From Desulfatiglandales bacterium (GTDB lineage: Bacteria > Desulfobacterota > DSM-4660 > Desulfatiglandales > Desulfatiglandaceae), in NCBI GenBank assembly GCA_963662465.1, contig OY759599.1:1312001-1376000 (forward strand): a stretch of 64,000 bases of DNA. Reading direction: 5' to 3'. The notes beneath the pieces were generated by a model. The model saw only the letters and a list, made by a program, of their open reading frames with translations. It was not told where the DNA came from and searched no databases. Position numbers and translations under genes: made by a program. Below are positions 1 to 9,591 of this stretch, one piece after another. Within the stretch, counting starts at the first letter, position 1. Every line of letters starts with the position of its first letter.

Positions 1-1
1 A

Positions 2-1195
2 CAGACCCGTGAAGAACTGGAACATCGGGTCAAAGACCTGGCAAGGGAGTGTTCTCGTCTGAGAGAGGCGGATCAAAAATTTAGAAGCGTTTTTGACGGT
101 TCCATGGATGGTCTCATGATTGTCGGCAGTAAGAGCCGCCGGATTATTTGCGTCAATAAGCGGATTCAAACGATCCTGGGCTATCCCGATGGTGAACTTG
201 TGGGAAAAATCTTTGATATCCTGCTCCCTTTGGAAACCAAACGACCCAAAGAATGTGTTCTGGAAGAATTACAGGTATGCGGGGGTGTTTTTACTCAGAA
301 CTTCATGCATGCCGACGGGCATATCTGTGTTTTAGACCTGATGGCCACGCTGGTTCCCTGGGATGAAGGGTGGGCGATTCTATGTACGTTGCGGGATGTT
401 TCCGAGCGCATTCGGTTGGAAGAGCAACTTCGCCAGGCCCAGAAAATGGAGGCCATCGGCGCTCTTGCGGGAGGGGTGGCGCACGATCTCAACAATATCC
501 TGGCGGGGCTTGTGAGTTATCCTGAACTTCTGTTGATGGACCTTCCGGAAGAGAGTCCCCTGCGGAAACCAATGATGACCATCAAACGGTCCGGTGAACG
601 CGCGGCCGCCATTGTGAAGGATCTTTTGACCCTTGCCAGGCATGGCGTGAGCGCGGTGGAGTCGGTAAACTTGAACCAGGTTGTTTCGGATTACTTTGTT
701 ACGCCTGAATATCAAAAACTGAAGGATCATTATCCCAATATCCGAGTGGAGAAGCGACTGACGGAAGACCTTTTCCCCATTGTCGGATCCTTTGTTCACC
801 TGTTAAAAGCCCTCGCAAATCTGCTGCTGAATGCCGCTGAAGCCATGCCTGAAGGGGGTAAGGTTGTTGTGACCACGGAAAATCGTCATATAAACGGGTC
901 TCAAATGGGTTATGGTTTCCTGGAAACCGGCGATTACGCGGTACTCATCGTTTCAGATTCCGGGAAGGACATTGCGTCAAAAGATCTGGCAAGAATTTTT
1001 GAGCCTTTCTATACCAACAAACAAATGGGCAGAAGCGGTACGGGACTTGGGATGACCGTGGTGTGGGGAATCGTGAAAGACCATCATGGGCATATTGATG
1101 TGAAGAGTGAAGAGGGCAGGGGATGTACCTTATCGCTCTATTTCCCGGCGACCCGAGAAAAGCCGAAAAAAACCTCATCTCCCTTCTCTTTATAA
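2..1195 (+). CDS. PAS-domain sensor histidine kinase (5'-partial)
   Basis: Frame is open from position 2 (QTREELEHRV...). PAS region, H-box AGGVAHDLNNIL, N-box NAAEAM, F/G2 boxes FEPFYT and GTGLGM. No receiver domain. Confidence 0.85.
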   Translation, partial: QTREELEHRVKDLARECSRLREADQKFRSVFDGSMDGLMIVGSKSRRIICVNKRIQTILGYPDGELVGKIFDILLPLETKRPKECVLEELQVCGGVFTQNFMHADGHICVLDLMATLVPWDEGWAILCTLRDVSERIRLEEQLRQAQKMEAIGALAGGVAHDLNNILAGLVSYPELLLMDLPEESPLRKPMMTIKRSGERAAAIVKDLLTLARHGVSAVESVNLNQVVSDYFVTPEYQKLKDHYPNIRVEKRLTEDLFPIVGSFVHLLKALANLLLNAAEAMPEGGKVVVTTENRHINGSQMGYGFLETGDYAVLIVSDSGKDIASKDLARIFEPFYTNKQMGRSGTGLGMTVVWGIVKDHHGHIDVKSEEGRGCTLSLYFPATREKPKKTSSPFSL

Positions 1196-1382
1196 TGACC
1201 TGTATCTAAAGCCGCAAGCCGCGGTTTTAAGCTTTAATTTAGTTTGTCAATAAGGTGCTAACCCATTCTCAATCTTATATTCTTCTTTTATGTATATTTA
1301 AATTTGGAATTGCATTTTACATAACGGAAGATCCGCGTGGCTTTCTTGCTGGTTTGCCGGACGGACGGCTCTGCTTAAATTA

Positions 1383-1898
1383 TTGCCGTTTTCGCTGGAT
1401 GAACTCGGTTCGCGTCAAAAAGACATCAGTTTTGATGAGCTGATACTCACCGGTTTCTATCCGCGCATCTGGCGGGAAGGTCTTTCTCCGGTTCAGGCCC
1501 TTGCGAACTATATCGAAACCTATGTCGAGCGGGACATCCGTCAGCTCGTAGCAATTAAGGATCTAATTCTTTTTCAGCGTTTTATCACCCTGTGTGCCGG
1601 CCGTGTGGGACAACTGCTCAATCTTAACAGTCTGGGCGCCGATTGTGGTATTTCCCATCAGACGGCGCGGAACTGGCTGACCCTTCTGGAGGCAAGCTAT
1701 ATCATATTTCGACTGCCGCCTTATTTTGCCAATATCTCCAAAAGGCTGGTGAAATCGCCTAAACTCTATTTCTATGATGTGGGGCTTGCCGGCCATCTTC
1801 TGGGACTGGAAAACGAGCGACATGTGAGCCGTGTCCTCTATAAACTGCTTCTATCCCCTAAATTTTCAAAATCAGGGTCTCATCCGCAACTTCTTTAA
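1383..1898 (+). pseudogene. AAA+/DUF4143 ATPase fragment
   Basis: TGFYP, YVERDIRQ and KSPKLYFYDVGL motifs as in the intact paralogues at 35449 and 40698; lacks Walker A and the C-terminal nuclease-like part. Confidence 0.75.
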
Positions 1899-1942
1899 GA
1901 TCATGCTGCGTTGTTCCCGCAAAAAAAAATGATACTTTTTCC

Positions 1943-1971
1943 TTGACGCCGAAAAAACCTAATGGTATTAG
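1943..1971 (+). promoter_or_regulatory. Putative sigma70 promoter upstream of the catabolic cluster
   Basis: TTGACG-17 nt-TATTAG with TG extension, in the AT-rich intergenic region. Confidence 0.4.
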
Positions 1972-2427
1972 GCTTACACGCTATATGTGAAGTTTGGCAT
2001 AACGAAAAATGTTGATAACAAAGATATAATTATCCTAATGACGATATGGAAATGATTCAATATCCCTGAAAAATTGTACTGTTTATTTTCTTAAGCTAGT
2101 CTTTGTCTCTTATTTTTTCGGAAATTATGTGTCTTTATTTTTATAAACGAATATCATTAGGAGGTAAAAATTTTTGGTTTGTTATTGAATTGTAAATGCC
2201 TGATAAAATGGGTTTATTAGCAGTTAAGTGTTTATAGGTATATTGAGGAATCGCCAAAAATATTCAAAAAAGAGCACAGAAAAGCACATGATTGATTCTG
2301 CTCCCGATCTGTGGGGTACGTCAGTTGCTGGAGGACTTAAATGGTGTGTGTGGCAGGTATTCGGTCAACCCAACACGTTGTTTTGAATACCGTATTATTC
2401 ATGAGGATTTTAGAAGGAGGATTGTAA

Positions 2428-4392
2428 ATGGCTAAAGTATTGTTTGAATGGGATTATTCATCGTATCCTGGGGCGAAATTATACCCCAATCTGTTCAAGC
2501 CGATTCAGATTGGGAATCTTATGGTCCCGAACCGCGTGAAATACGCGGCAACGGAAGATAATTTGAATCAGCACGACGGGTTTATTACCGACGCGGATGT
2601 GGCCTACATGCGGTCGCGTGCGGAAGGCGTTGTGGGCGGCCTGTGTTTTATGCAGGGCGTGTACATGGATGAGGCCGCCAAAGGCCAGGGGTATGTGGGT
2701 CAGGCGGGTTGCTGGGATGACAAATATATACCCGGACTCAAGAGAATTGCCGATGCCATCCACGGGGAAAAGGCCATCGCCGGCTTTCAGCTCATGGACT
2801 GCGGGCGCGTCGGCGCCGTAGAGGTTCCTGAGGGGCACGCGCCTTCCACGGTTCCCCAGCGGTTGAGGATTTTCAAACCCATGGCCGAGATGACCAACGC
2901 TGAAGTCAAGGAAATGATTCAGCAGCACGTGGATGCCGCCGGAAGGGGTGTTGAAGCGGGTTTCGATGTGATTGAGATTTCAGGTATCGTGGGTTACCTG
3001 CTCAGTAATTTCATTTCCAGTTACACTAACCGCCGAACCGACGAGTACGGCGGCGACATTCGCGGCCGATGCCAATCCATGGTGGAAATCATTCAAGGGG
3101 TCAAAAAAGTGTGCGGCCCGGATATTCCGGTGGGCATCAGGCTTTGTTCCGAGGAACTCCTGAATGACGTTCGCGGCAATACGCCGGAAGAGTCTATGCA
3201 ATCCTACAAGATTGCCGAAGAAGCGGGCGCCGACTACATCAGCTGTACCCTGGGTTGGCAGGAATCCATTTTCCCCGTAATCAGCCGCGATATTCCCCAG
3301 GGAAACTGGCTGTATCTGGCCAAAAGGGCCAAGGAAAACGTCAACATCCCCATCCAGATGGCCTACAGGCTCTTTACCCCGGATAAACCCAATAAGGCCA
3401 TCGGTGACGGCGAGCTGGATTTCTGGGAAATGTGCCGCTCCATGATTGCTGATCCCTACATGCCCAAGAAGGTACTGGAAGGGCGCGAAGACGAAATCCG
3501 GCATTGTGTGGCCTGCAACCTCTGTCTGGCCAGGTTGTTCCGTGATGCGCCCATGACCTGTTACATCAACCCGGTTTGTGCCCATGAGCATGACGAAAAA
3601 ATCTTCCCCCAAAAGGCGGATGATGAAAAGGAAGTCATGATTGTCGGCGCCGGTCCCGCCGGTCTGGAAGCCGCCTATGTGGCAGCCCAGAGAGGCCATG
3701 ACGTACATGTCTACGATAAACGCAAAGAGCTGGGCGGTACCCTCCTGGAGGCTTCGAAGGCGCCTTATGGCGATGAAGAATTGATGACCTGTACGAGTTT
3801 CCAGAAAACCATGTGTGAAAAGGCGGGCGTCAAGTTCCATCTGGGGACGGAAGTTACGGAAGCACTGATCCAGGATGAAGCGCCGGATACTGTGATCCTG
3901 GCAACCGGTCCCGTGTACCCAGCGCTGGAAAGCTCTGTTAATGTGCTGGATGTGCTGAATGGTACCGCCGATGTGGGCGAGACGGTTGTGGTTTACGGCA
4001 ACCGGAAACCCGGCATCGGCGTCGCGCTGAAGCTGGCCAAAGAAGGGAAAAAGGTCACCCTCGTGGGTAAAGAGAAGTCTGCTGGATTTGATATCAATCC
4101 GTCTTTCAAATGGCGCTATATGATCTATCTGAAGCAGAACGGCGTGATGGCCTATAACGACTGCGACATCGAAGAAGTGGGCAATGGCGAAATTACGGTG
4201 AAAACTTATGATGGATATCGGTTCCCGGTGAAGTGCGATACCGTTATCGTAAGCGAACGCGAAGCAAACGACGCCCTGAAAAAGGTGGTTCAGGCCGAAG
4301 GCATCGAACTGTTTGTCATTGGAGATGCTTTGGTGCCCAGGAACCTGTCCAGTGCCGTCCATGATGGTTATCGGATTGGTCTCAGGATCTAA
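2428..4392 (+). CDS. Old Yellow Enzyme family FMN/FAD/4Fe-4S oxidoreductase (2,4-dienoyl-CoA/enoate reductase-like)
   Basis: LFKPIQIG start, TNRRTDEYGG, Fe-S motif CVACNLC-x11-C, FAD motif VGAGPAGLEAA; strong RBS AGGAGG. Confidence 0.9.
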   Translation: MAKVLFEWDYSSYPGAKLYPNLFKPIQIGNLMVPNRVKYAATEDNLNQHDGFITDADVAYMRSRAEGVVGGLCFMQGVYMDEAAKGQGYVGQAGCWDDKYIPGLKRIADAIHGEKAIAGFQLMDCGRVGAVEVPEGHAPSTVPQRLRIFKPMAEMTNAEVKEMIQQHVDAAGRGVEAGFDVIEISGIVGYLLSNFISSYTNRRTDEYGGDIRGRCQSMVEIIQGVKKVCGPDIPVGIRLCSEELLNDVRGNTPEESMQSYKIAEEAGADYISCTLGWQESIFPVISRDIPQGNWLYLAKRAKENVNIPIQMAYRLFTPDKPNKAIGDGELDFWEMCRSMIADPYMPKKVLEGREDEIRHCVACNLCLARLFRDAPMTCYINPVCAHEHDEKIFPQKADDEKEVMIVGAGPAGLEAAYVAAQRGHDVHVYDKRKELGGTLLEASKAPYGDEELMTCTSFQKTMCEKAGVKFHLGTEVTEALIQDEAPDTVILATGPVYPALESSVNVLDVLNGTADVGETVVVYGNRKPGIGVALKLAKEGKKVTLVGKEKSAGFDINPSFKWRYMIYLKQNGVMAYNDCDIEEVGNGEITVKTYDGYRFPVKCDTVIVSEREANDALKKVVQAEGIELFVIGDALVPRNLSSAVHDGYRIGLRI

Positions 4393-4403
4393 GGAGGAGA
4401 AAA

Positions 4404-4931
4404 ATGCCAGTTAATGCGGAAAAAGAGATAACAAAATTGTGGCGGACGCTTCACGGCGCGCAGAGTGAAATCTGTAAAACCTACTATCGCTGGCGGGCAG
4501 TGGCGATTGAAATCGCCGGCCCCGATGCAAACGCCCAGGATATTGCCCTGAAGGCGGCGGCGATGATGGGTAAGGATATGGGGAAAAACATGCTTCCCCG
4601 ATTGAATTGGTTGAAGGGTGAAGAGGCCTTTTTGTTGAACCTGGGCCGACAGCTGGCCGGTATCTGGAATACCGAAGGTGGGCAGGCCATGGCCGCAAAA
4701 GGGGAAAAGGACGGAGAGGTTTTTATCCGTTGTATTCGCTGTCCCTGGCCCACGGCCGCCAAGGAGTTCGGTGTGCCCATGGAAGAAGTGGCGTTGACCC
4801 GTGAGAAGCTTTTCCAGTCTATTCTTGAAGATGTGAGCGTCTTTTTCAATATTCCATTGGGGATTGAGATGCTGAAGGCCATTCCCCGCGGCGAAGGCGA
4901 ATACCTGTTAAGGCTATACAAGGAAAACTAA
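4404..4931 (+). CDS. Hypothetical protein, V4R/ATC-hydrolase-like small-ligand-binding fold
   Basis: RBS AGGAGG; RCPW motif; co-transcribed with the OYE gene. Confidence 0.5.
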   Translation: MPVNAEKEITKLWRTLHGAQSEICKTYYRWRAVAIEIAGPDANAQDIALKAAAMMGKDMGKNMLPRLNWLKGEEAFLLNLGRQLAGIWNTEGGQAMAAKGEKDGEVFIRCIRCPWPTAAKEFGVPMEEVALTREKLFQSILEDVSVFFNIPLGIEMLKAIPRGEGEYLLRLYKEN

Positions 4932-4957
4932 CCATTAAGAACAGAGGAGTTTTGAAG

Positions 4958-5164
4958 ATGGCTGCTCAGATAGATCTTGAGAAATGTAATATGTGTGGCG
5001 GGGTTGTTCAGCCTTTGTGCGTGGAGGTATGCCCGGATGAAGCCATAAGGGTGCAGGACGGCAGGGTTGTGGTTACGGAGTTCATTTGCGAAGACTGCAA
5101 TGAATGCGGCTGCGTATGCCCGGATGGGGCCATAACCGTGCCCCTGGACAAGGTAACTTTTTAA
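4958..5164 (+). CDS. 2[4Fe-4S] ferredoxin
   Basis: CNMC..CVEVCP and CEDCNECGCVCP; RBS GAGGAG. Confidence 0.9.
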   Translation: MAAQIDLEKCNMCGGVVQPLCVEVCPDEAIRVQDGRVVVTEFICEDCNECGCVCPDGAITVPLDKVTF

Positions 5165-5194
5165 AAAAATAAACGATGTAAAGTGGAGCTGATC

Positions 5195-5629
5195 ATGAAA
5201 GTAAATAAGGTTGATCACATCTGTATCGCGGTGAAGGATCTTGATGCGGCCAAAAAGATCTGGGAGCCTCTTTTGGGGAAATCGGGTCCTGACGACGCAT
5301 ACGTTGACGTACCTGAAAAGATCAATGTGGCCCGTTACTGGGTGGGGGAAGTGGGTTTTGAGCTGATGGAATCCAGCACGCCGGATGGCGATGTGGCTAA
5401 ATATATCGAGAAGAACGGTGAAGGCGTGATGCTTATCAGTTTTAATGTGGACAACACCCGAGAGGCGGTTGACGAGCTGAAGGCAAAAGATTATCCCTTC
5501 ATCCCGGATTCAACGGGAGGGATTGCAAGGCCATTCCGTGATTGTGAGTTTGCGTTTGTCCATCCAAAGAAACTCAATGGCGTTTTGACCGAAATCATCG
5601 ACTATAAGTGGGATGAATTGAAGAAATAA
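5195..5629 (+). CDS. VOC family protein (methylmalonyl-CoA epimerase-like)
   Basis: VDHICIAVKDL, FELME, KNGEG and FVHPKKLNGVLTEI motifs. Confidence 0.85.
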   Translation: MKVNKVDHICIAVKDLDAAKKIWEPLLGKSGPDDAYVDVPEKINVARYWVGEVGFELMESSTPDGDVAKYIEKNGEGVMLISFNVDNTREAVDELKAKDYPFIPDSTGGIARPFRDCEFAFVHPKKLNGVLTEIIDYKWDELKK

Positions 5630-5773
5630 TGGGTCATAAGGGGATCAAACCTGCTTGATGATGGTTGTGCGGTTTGATCCCTGATCCCCATCATTAAAAT
5701 AATCCAAATAGCGCAAGGAATTTGTGTCAAACAATTGAATTTTTTTGGTGTGAAAGGGCTCGGACATCTGATT

Positions 5774-5989
5774 ATGAGAAAGCAATGTAAAAATAAAACA
5801 TTTGAAGTCTATCTGGTTCATGTGGATGCGGACAAATGCGATGGGTGCGAAGAGTGTGTGAACTTCTGTCCCGTGGATGTCTTTGATATGACGCACAAAG
5901 CATATCCGACCCGACCCCAAAACTGTCTGGGTTGTAAAACCTGCGTGGCGGTCTGCAAATCCGGTGCTATTATTATTACCGAGATTTAA
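5774..5989 (+). CDS. 2[4Fe-4S] ferredoxin
   Basis: CDGCEECVNFCP and CLGCKTCVAVC. Confidence 0.85.
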   Translation: MRKQCKNKTFEVYLVHVDADKCDGCEECVNFCPVDVFDMTHKAYPTRPQNCLGCKTCVAVCKSGAIIITEI

Positions 5990-6066
5990 GTGGAAATTCG
6001 AAATTGTGAAAAATATGGCATGACCGTCGAATTTCAAATTTCAAATTTCAAAATTGAGGTGAATTG

Positions 6067-7404
6067 ATGACTTCGATAATCATTATTGGAGGCGGCATTG
6101 CCGGAATCAATGCCGCCTTGAATGCCGCTGATTACGGCGCCAAGGTGTATCTGGTGGATGACACTGAAAGTATTGGTGGAATGATGGCCAGGCTGGACAA
6201 GACTTTTCCCACCAATGACTGTTCTATCTGTATTGAAGCGCCTGAGATGTATGAGGTTGACAATCACCCCAACATCGAGATTCTCACCAATACCGAGGTC
6301 AAAAAAGTCAAGAAAAATAAGGATGGTTTTGAGGTCAAGCTGATTCAGAAGGCCCGATTCATCGATGCCGAAAAATGTACGGGCTGCGGCGCCTGTATCG
6401 AGGCCTGTCCCGTCACCATTCCCGACGAAATGGACGGTAAAATTACCGGCACGAGGAAGCTGGTTCATATGGCTTTTCCCCAGGCGGTGCCCAATATACC
6501 GGTGATCGATCCGGATTGCCGGTTCGGCAATATGCGAGACCAGGGGGCCTGTGTGGGCGGATGCGTGGTGGATTGCAGTCAGTGCCGGGAATGTCCCATC
6601 GCGCTCTGTGTGAAGGCGTGCATCAAGGAAGGAAAAGATGCCGTTCGTCTCTGGCAGTCCAACAAAAACATAAAGCTGCAGGTGAAGAGCATCATCGTGG
6701 CCAGTGGGGTCATGGATGCAAAACCCCCCAAAGGTCTGTATGGGTATGATGTGCTGGACAACGTGATTACCTATCTTCAGTTTGAGCGGTTGATGAATGC
6801 CGGGGGACCCACGGAAGGACAGATCATCAGGCCGTCCGACGGTAAACATGCCCACAAAATCGCATGGTTGCAGTGTGCCGGTCGTGGATTGGACCACGGT
6901 GTCCCCTATTGTTCCAAGGTTTGCTGCATGGTGGCCGCCAAACAGACCATTATTACCAAAGAGCATGACGCATCCGTTGAGACCGCCGTCTTTTATAATG
7001 ACTTGAAGGCCTATGGAAAAGGATTCTGGGGATTCTACCAAAAAGCGGTTGAAAGCGGTGTTCGTTATGTAAGGGCCAGGCCGTTTGACGTGGTTGAAGA
7101 TCCGGATACCCGGAATGTGACCATTCGATATGAGGATTTTAAAACCGGAAAGATTGTAACGGAGGAATTTGATCTTCTGGTGCTTTCCACGGGTCTGGTT
7201 CCGGCTGACAGAAATGATCGGCTGGCAAAAACACTGAAGATCGATTTGGATAAATTCGGCTTCTTCAAGGAAGAAAATCCATTGATGGCCCCTCTGGAAA
7301 CAAAGGCGCCGGGCGTGTTTCTGTGTGGCGGCGCTACGGGTCCCATTGATATTTCAGAGTCGGTGGTTCAGGCCTGTGCCGCCGGTATGAAAGCGGTTCT
7401 TTAG
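6067..7404 (+). CDS. hdrA: Heterodisulfide reductase subunit A-like flavoprotein (short form)
   Basis: GGGIAG, LDKTFPTNDCSIC, CTGCGACIEACP, YCSKVCCM and GPIDISESV are HdrA signatures. Confidence 0.9.
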   Translation: MTSIIIIGGGIAGINAALNAADYGAKVYLVDDTESIGGMMARLDKTFPTNDCSICIEAPEMYEVDNHPNIEILTNTEVKKVKKNKDGFEVKLIQKARFIDAEKCTGCGACIEACPVTIPDEMDGKITGTRKLVHMAFPQAVPNIPVIDPDCRFGNMRDQGACVGGCVVDCSQCRECPIALCVKACIKEGKDAVRLWQSNKNIKLQVKSIIVASGVMDAKPPKGLYGYDVLDNVITYLQFERLMNAGGPTEGQIIRPSDGKHAHKIAWLQCAGRGLDHGVPYCSKVCCMVAAKQTIITKEHDASVETAVFYNDLKAYGKGFWGFYQKAVESGVRYVRARPFDVVEDPDTRNVTIRYEDFKTGKIVTEEFDLLVLSTGLVPADRNDRLAKTLKIDLDKFGFFKEENPLMAPLETKAPGVFLCGGATGPIDISESVVQACAAGMKAVL

Positions 7405-7491
7405 ATTGTTGATTGTTGATTGATGATTGTAGATTGTTGATTGATGAATTCAGTCCTTAAATCATCAATCAACAATCAACAATCATCAATC
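7404..7491. repeat. Inverted heptamer tandem arrays (GATTGTT)n / (AACAATC)n
   Basis: About six GATTG(T/A)(T/A) units at 7404-7447 followed by complementary units at 7461-7491, able to form a long hairpin. Confidence 0.8.
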
Positions 7492-7511
7492 CGAAGGGGG
7501 GGGGGAAGTTA

Positions 7512-9575
7512 ATGGAAGAAGATGTTAGGGTCGGTGTTTTTGTCTGTGATTGCGGTTCCAATATCGCGGGCGTGGTGGATGTGCCCGCTGTTGTGGCGTA
7601 CGCAAAAGGTCTTCCGCATGTTGCCTTTGTCAGTGAAGGGAAATGGTCCTGCTCGGTAGACGCGCTCTCTTCGATGCAGGATGCCATAAGGGAACAGAAT
7701 CTCAACCGGGTTGTGATTGCCTCCTGTACGCCCCGAACCCATGAACCGCTTTTTAAGGCGACGGTCAAGGAAGCGGGGTTGAATCCTTATCTGCTGGAGT
7801 TTGTCAGTATCCGTGAGCAAGTTTCCTGGGTGCATATGGGGGAACCGGAAAAGGCCACGCAAAAGGCAAAAGACCTGGTTAAAATGGGTGTTGCCAAGGC
7901 CGTATTGTTGGAAGAAGGAGAAGAAATCCGTCTTCCCGTGGGTCAGGATTGTCTCATTGTCGGCGGCGGCATGGCCGGTATGAGTGCGGCCTTGAATGTG
8001 GCGGAGCAGGGATTCCGCGCCTATATCGTTGAAAAAGGGCCTGAATTGGGGGGGCTGTTGAACCGGATTTCCACTGTTTCCCATGACCACATTGAAATGT
8101 CGGGCGCCGAAATCATTGCCGCAAAGAAGGCGTTGATCGACGCCAATCCCAATATCACCGCGTATACCAATGCGGAAATCGAGGCCGTTGACGGGTATAT
8201 CGGCAACTACAAGGTGGTGGTCAATTCAGGCGGGGAAAAAACAAACCTGGATATTTCCACTGTTGTCGTGGCCACGGGCATGCGGGAGATCGATCTGGAA
8301 CCGGGCGCCTTTCAGTACGGCGAACACCCCCGGGTGGTGACGCAGCTTCAGCTGGAAGAGATGCTGAAAGAGGGAACTTTAGGCGATGTGAAAAACGTGG
8401 TCATGATCAACTGTGTGGGGTCCAAGAATGAGGAACGGGGCTGCTGTGCCATCGGTTGCCACACGGCCATCAAAAATGCCGTCGCGCTTAAGGACATTAA
8501 CGCCGACATGGATATTTGGATTCTTTACCGGGATATGAGCATGGTAAAGGACGAACAGGTTCATATTCAAAAAGCCAAAGGTTCCGGCGTCAAATTTATT
8601 CGCTTCCCTGATGAACAATACCCCGATGTTCAGAAGCAGGGCGAAGGGTTGTCGGTAAACGTCCATGATTTTCTGTTGGACCGGGATTTTTCCTACGCAG
8701 CTGATCTCGTGGTGCTGACCGTGGGCTTTACCGGGGATGAAAGCGTCGACAATGTCAGAGGGTTGCTTAAGGTGTCCGCCAACAAGGAGGGATTTTTTCA
8801 GGAGCGGCATATCAAGCTGGGTCCCCTGGAGTTTCCCACTGACGGCGTGGCCCTTTGTGGATGCGCGAAGAACCCGAAAACCCTGAAGGAAACCTGTGAA
8901 GAGGGAATCGGCGCCGCCATGCGGGTTTCTATCCCCATGAAAAACGGCTTCATTGAAGCAGAAGGGATTGTGGCGGATATTGATCTTACCCACTGCAACA
9001 ATTGCGGTCTGTGCGCCAAGCGGTGTCCCTATGGCGCCATCAAGCTCGACGAGGAAAAAGTGCCCACCGTCCTCAAGGCCTTGTGCAAGGGATGTGGTTT
9101 GTGTGCGGCGGATTGTCCCAGGGAATGCATCACCATCGTCCATTATTCCGATGAGCAGTTACTGGCCCAGGTGGAAGCGGCTCTGGAAGAAAATCCAGAG
9201 GAGAAAATTCTGGGGTTCGTGTGTCATTGGTGCGCCCTGGGAGGGGTGGATATGGCGGGCGTCAGCCGTCTGCAATATCCCCCCAACGGTCGGTTGATCC
9301 GTGTCATGTGTTCTGCCCGCGTGCCTATCAAACTCATCGAGAGGGCCTACGAACTGGGCGCCGCCGGCGTTCTGGTTGCGGGATGCGAATTCCCCACCTG
9401 TCATTACATCACGGGTAATTATGCCTGCGAAACCCGAATTAAACGGGCGAGAAAGAAACTGACCAAAAAGGGGTATGATGCGGACAAGCTGGAGCTTACC
9501 TGGTGTTCGGCCGCGGACGGGCCAAAATTTGCCAATGTCATGAGAAACATGGCCAAAAGGCTGGGGCTGGCATAG
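7512..9575 (+). CDS. hdrA: HdrA-like protein fused to ferredoxin and MvhD domains
   Basis: VGVFVCDCGSNIA, ASCTPRTHE, GGGMAG, two CxxCxxCxxxCP motifs; C-terminal MvhD motifs FVCHWC, RVMCSARV, GCEFPTCHY. Confidence 0.9.
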   Translation: MEEDVRVGVFVCDCGSNIAGVVDVPAVVAYAKGLPHVAFVSEGKWSCSVDALSSMQDAIREQNLNRVVIASCTPRTHEPLFKATVKEAGLNPYLLEFVSIREQVSWVHMGEPEKATQKAKDLVKMGVAKAVLLEEGEEIRLPVGQDCLIVGGGMAGMSAALNVAEQGFRAYIVEKGPELGGLLNRISTVSHDHIEMSGAEIIAAKKALIDANPNITAYTNAEIEAVDGYIGNYKVVVNSGGEKTNLDISTVVVATGMREIDLEPGAFQYGEHPRVVTQLQLEEMLKEGTLGDVKNVVMINCVGSKNEERGCCAIGCHTAIKNAVALKDINADMDIWILYRDMSMVKDEQVHIQKAKGSGVKFIRFPDEQYPDVQKQGEGLSVNVHDFLLDRDFSYAADLVVLTVGFTGDESVDNVRGLLKVSANKEGFFQERHIKLGPLEFPTDGVALCGCAKNPKTLKETCEEGIGAAMRVSIPMKNGFIEAEGIVADIDLTHCNNCGLCAKRCPYGAIKLDEEKVPTVLKALCKGCGLCAADCPRECITIVHYSDEQLLAQVEAALEENPEEKILGFVCHWCALGGVDMAGVSRLQYPPNGRLIRVMCSARVPIKLIERAYELGAAGVLVAGCEFPTCHYITGNYACETRIKRARKKLTKKGYDADKLELTWCSAADGPKFANVMRNMAKRLGLA

Positions 9576-9591
9576 GATTGGGGGATAACAG

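Noticed and set aside
2980..4362. Long antisense ORFs (also 6034-7041, 8379-9143, 60659-61792, 62438-63304)
   Set aside because: Shadows of well-supported genes on the opposite strand; no motifs.
6067..9575. Selenocysteine in HdrA/MvhD
   Set aside because: The positions that often carry Sec are Cys codons and the frames have no internal TGA.
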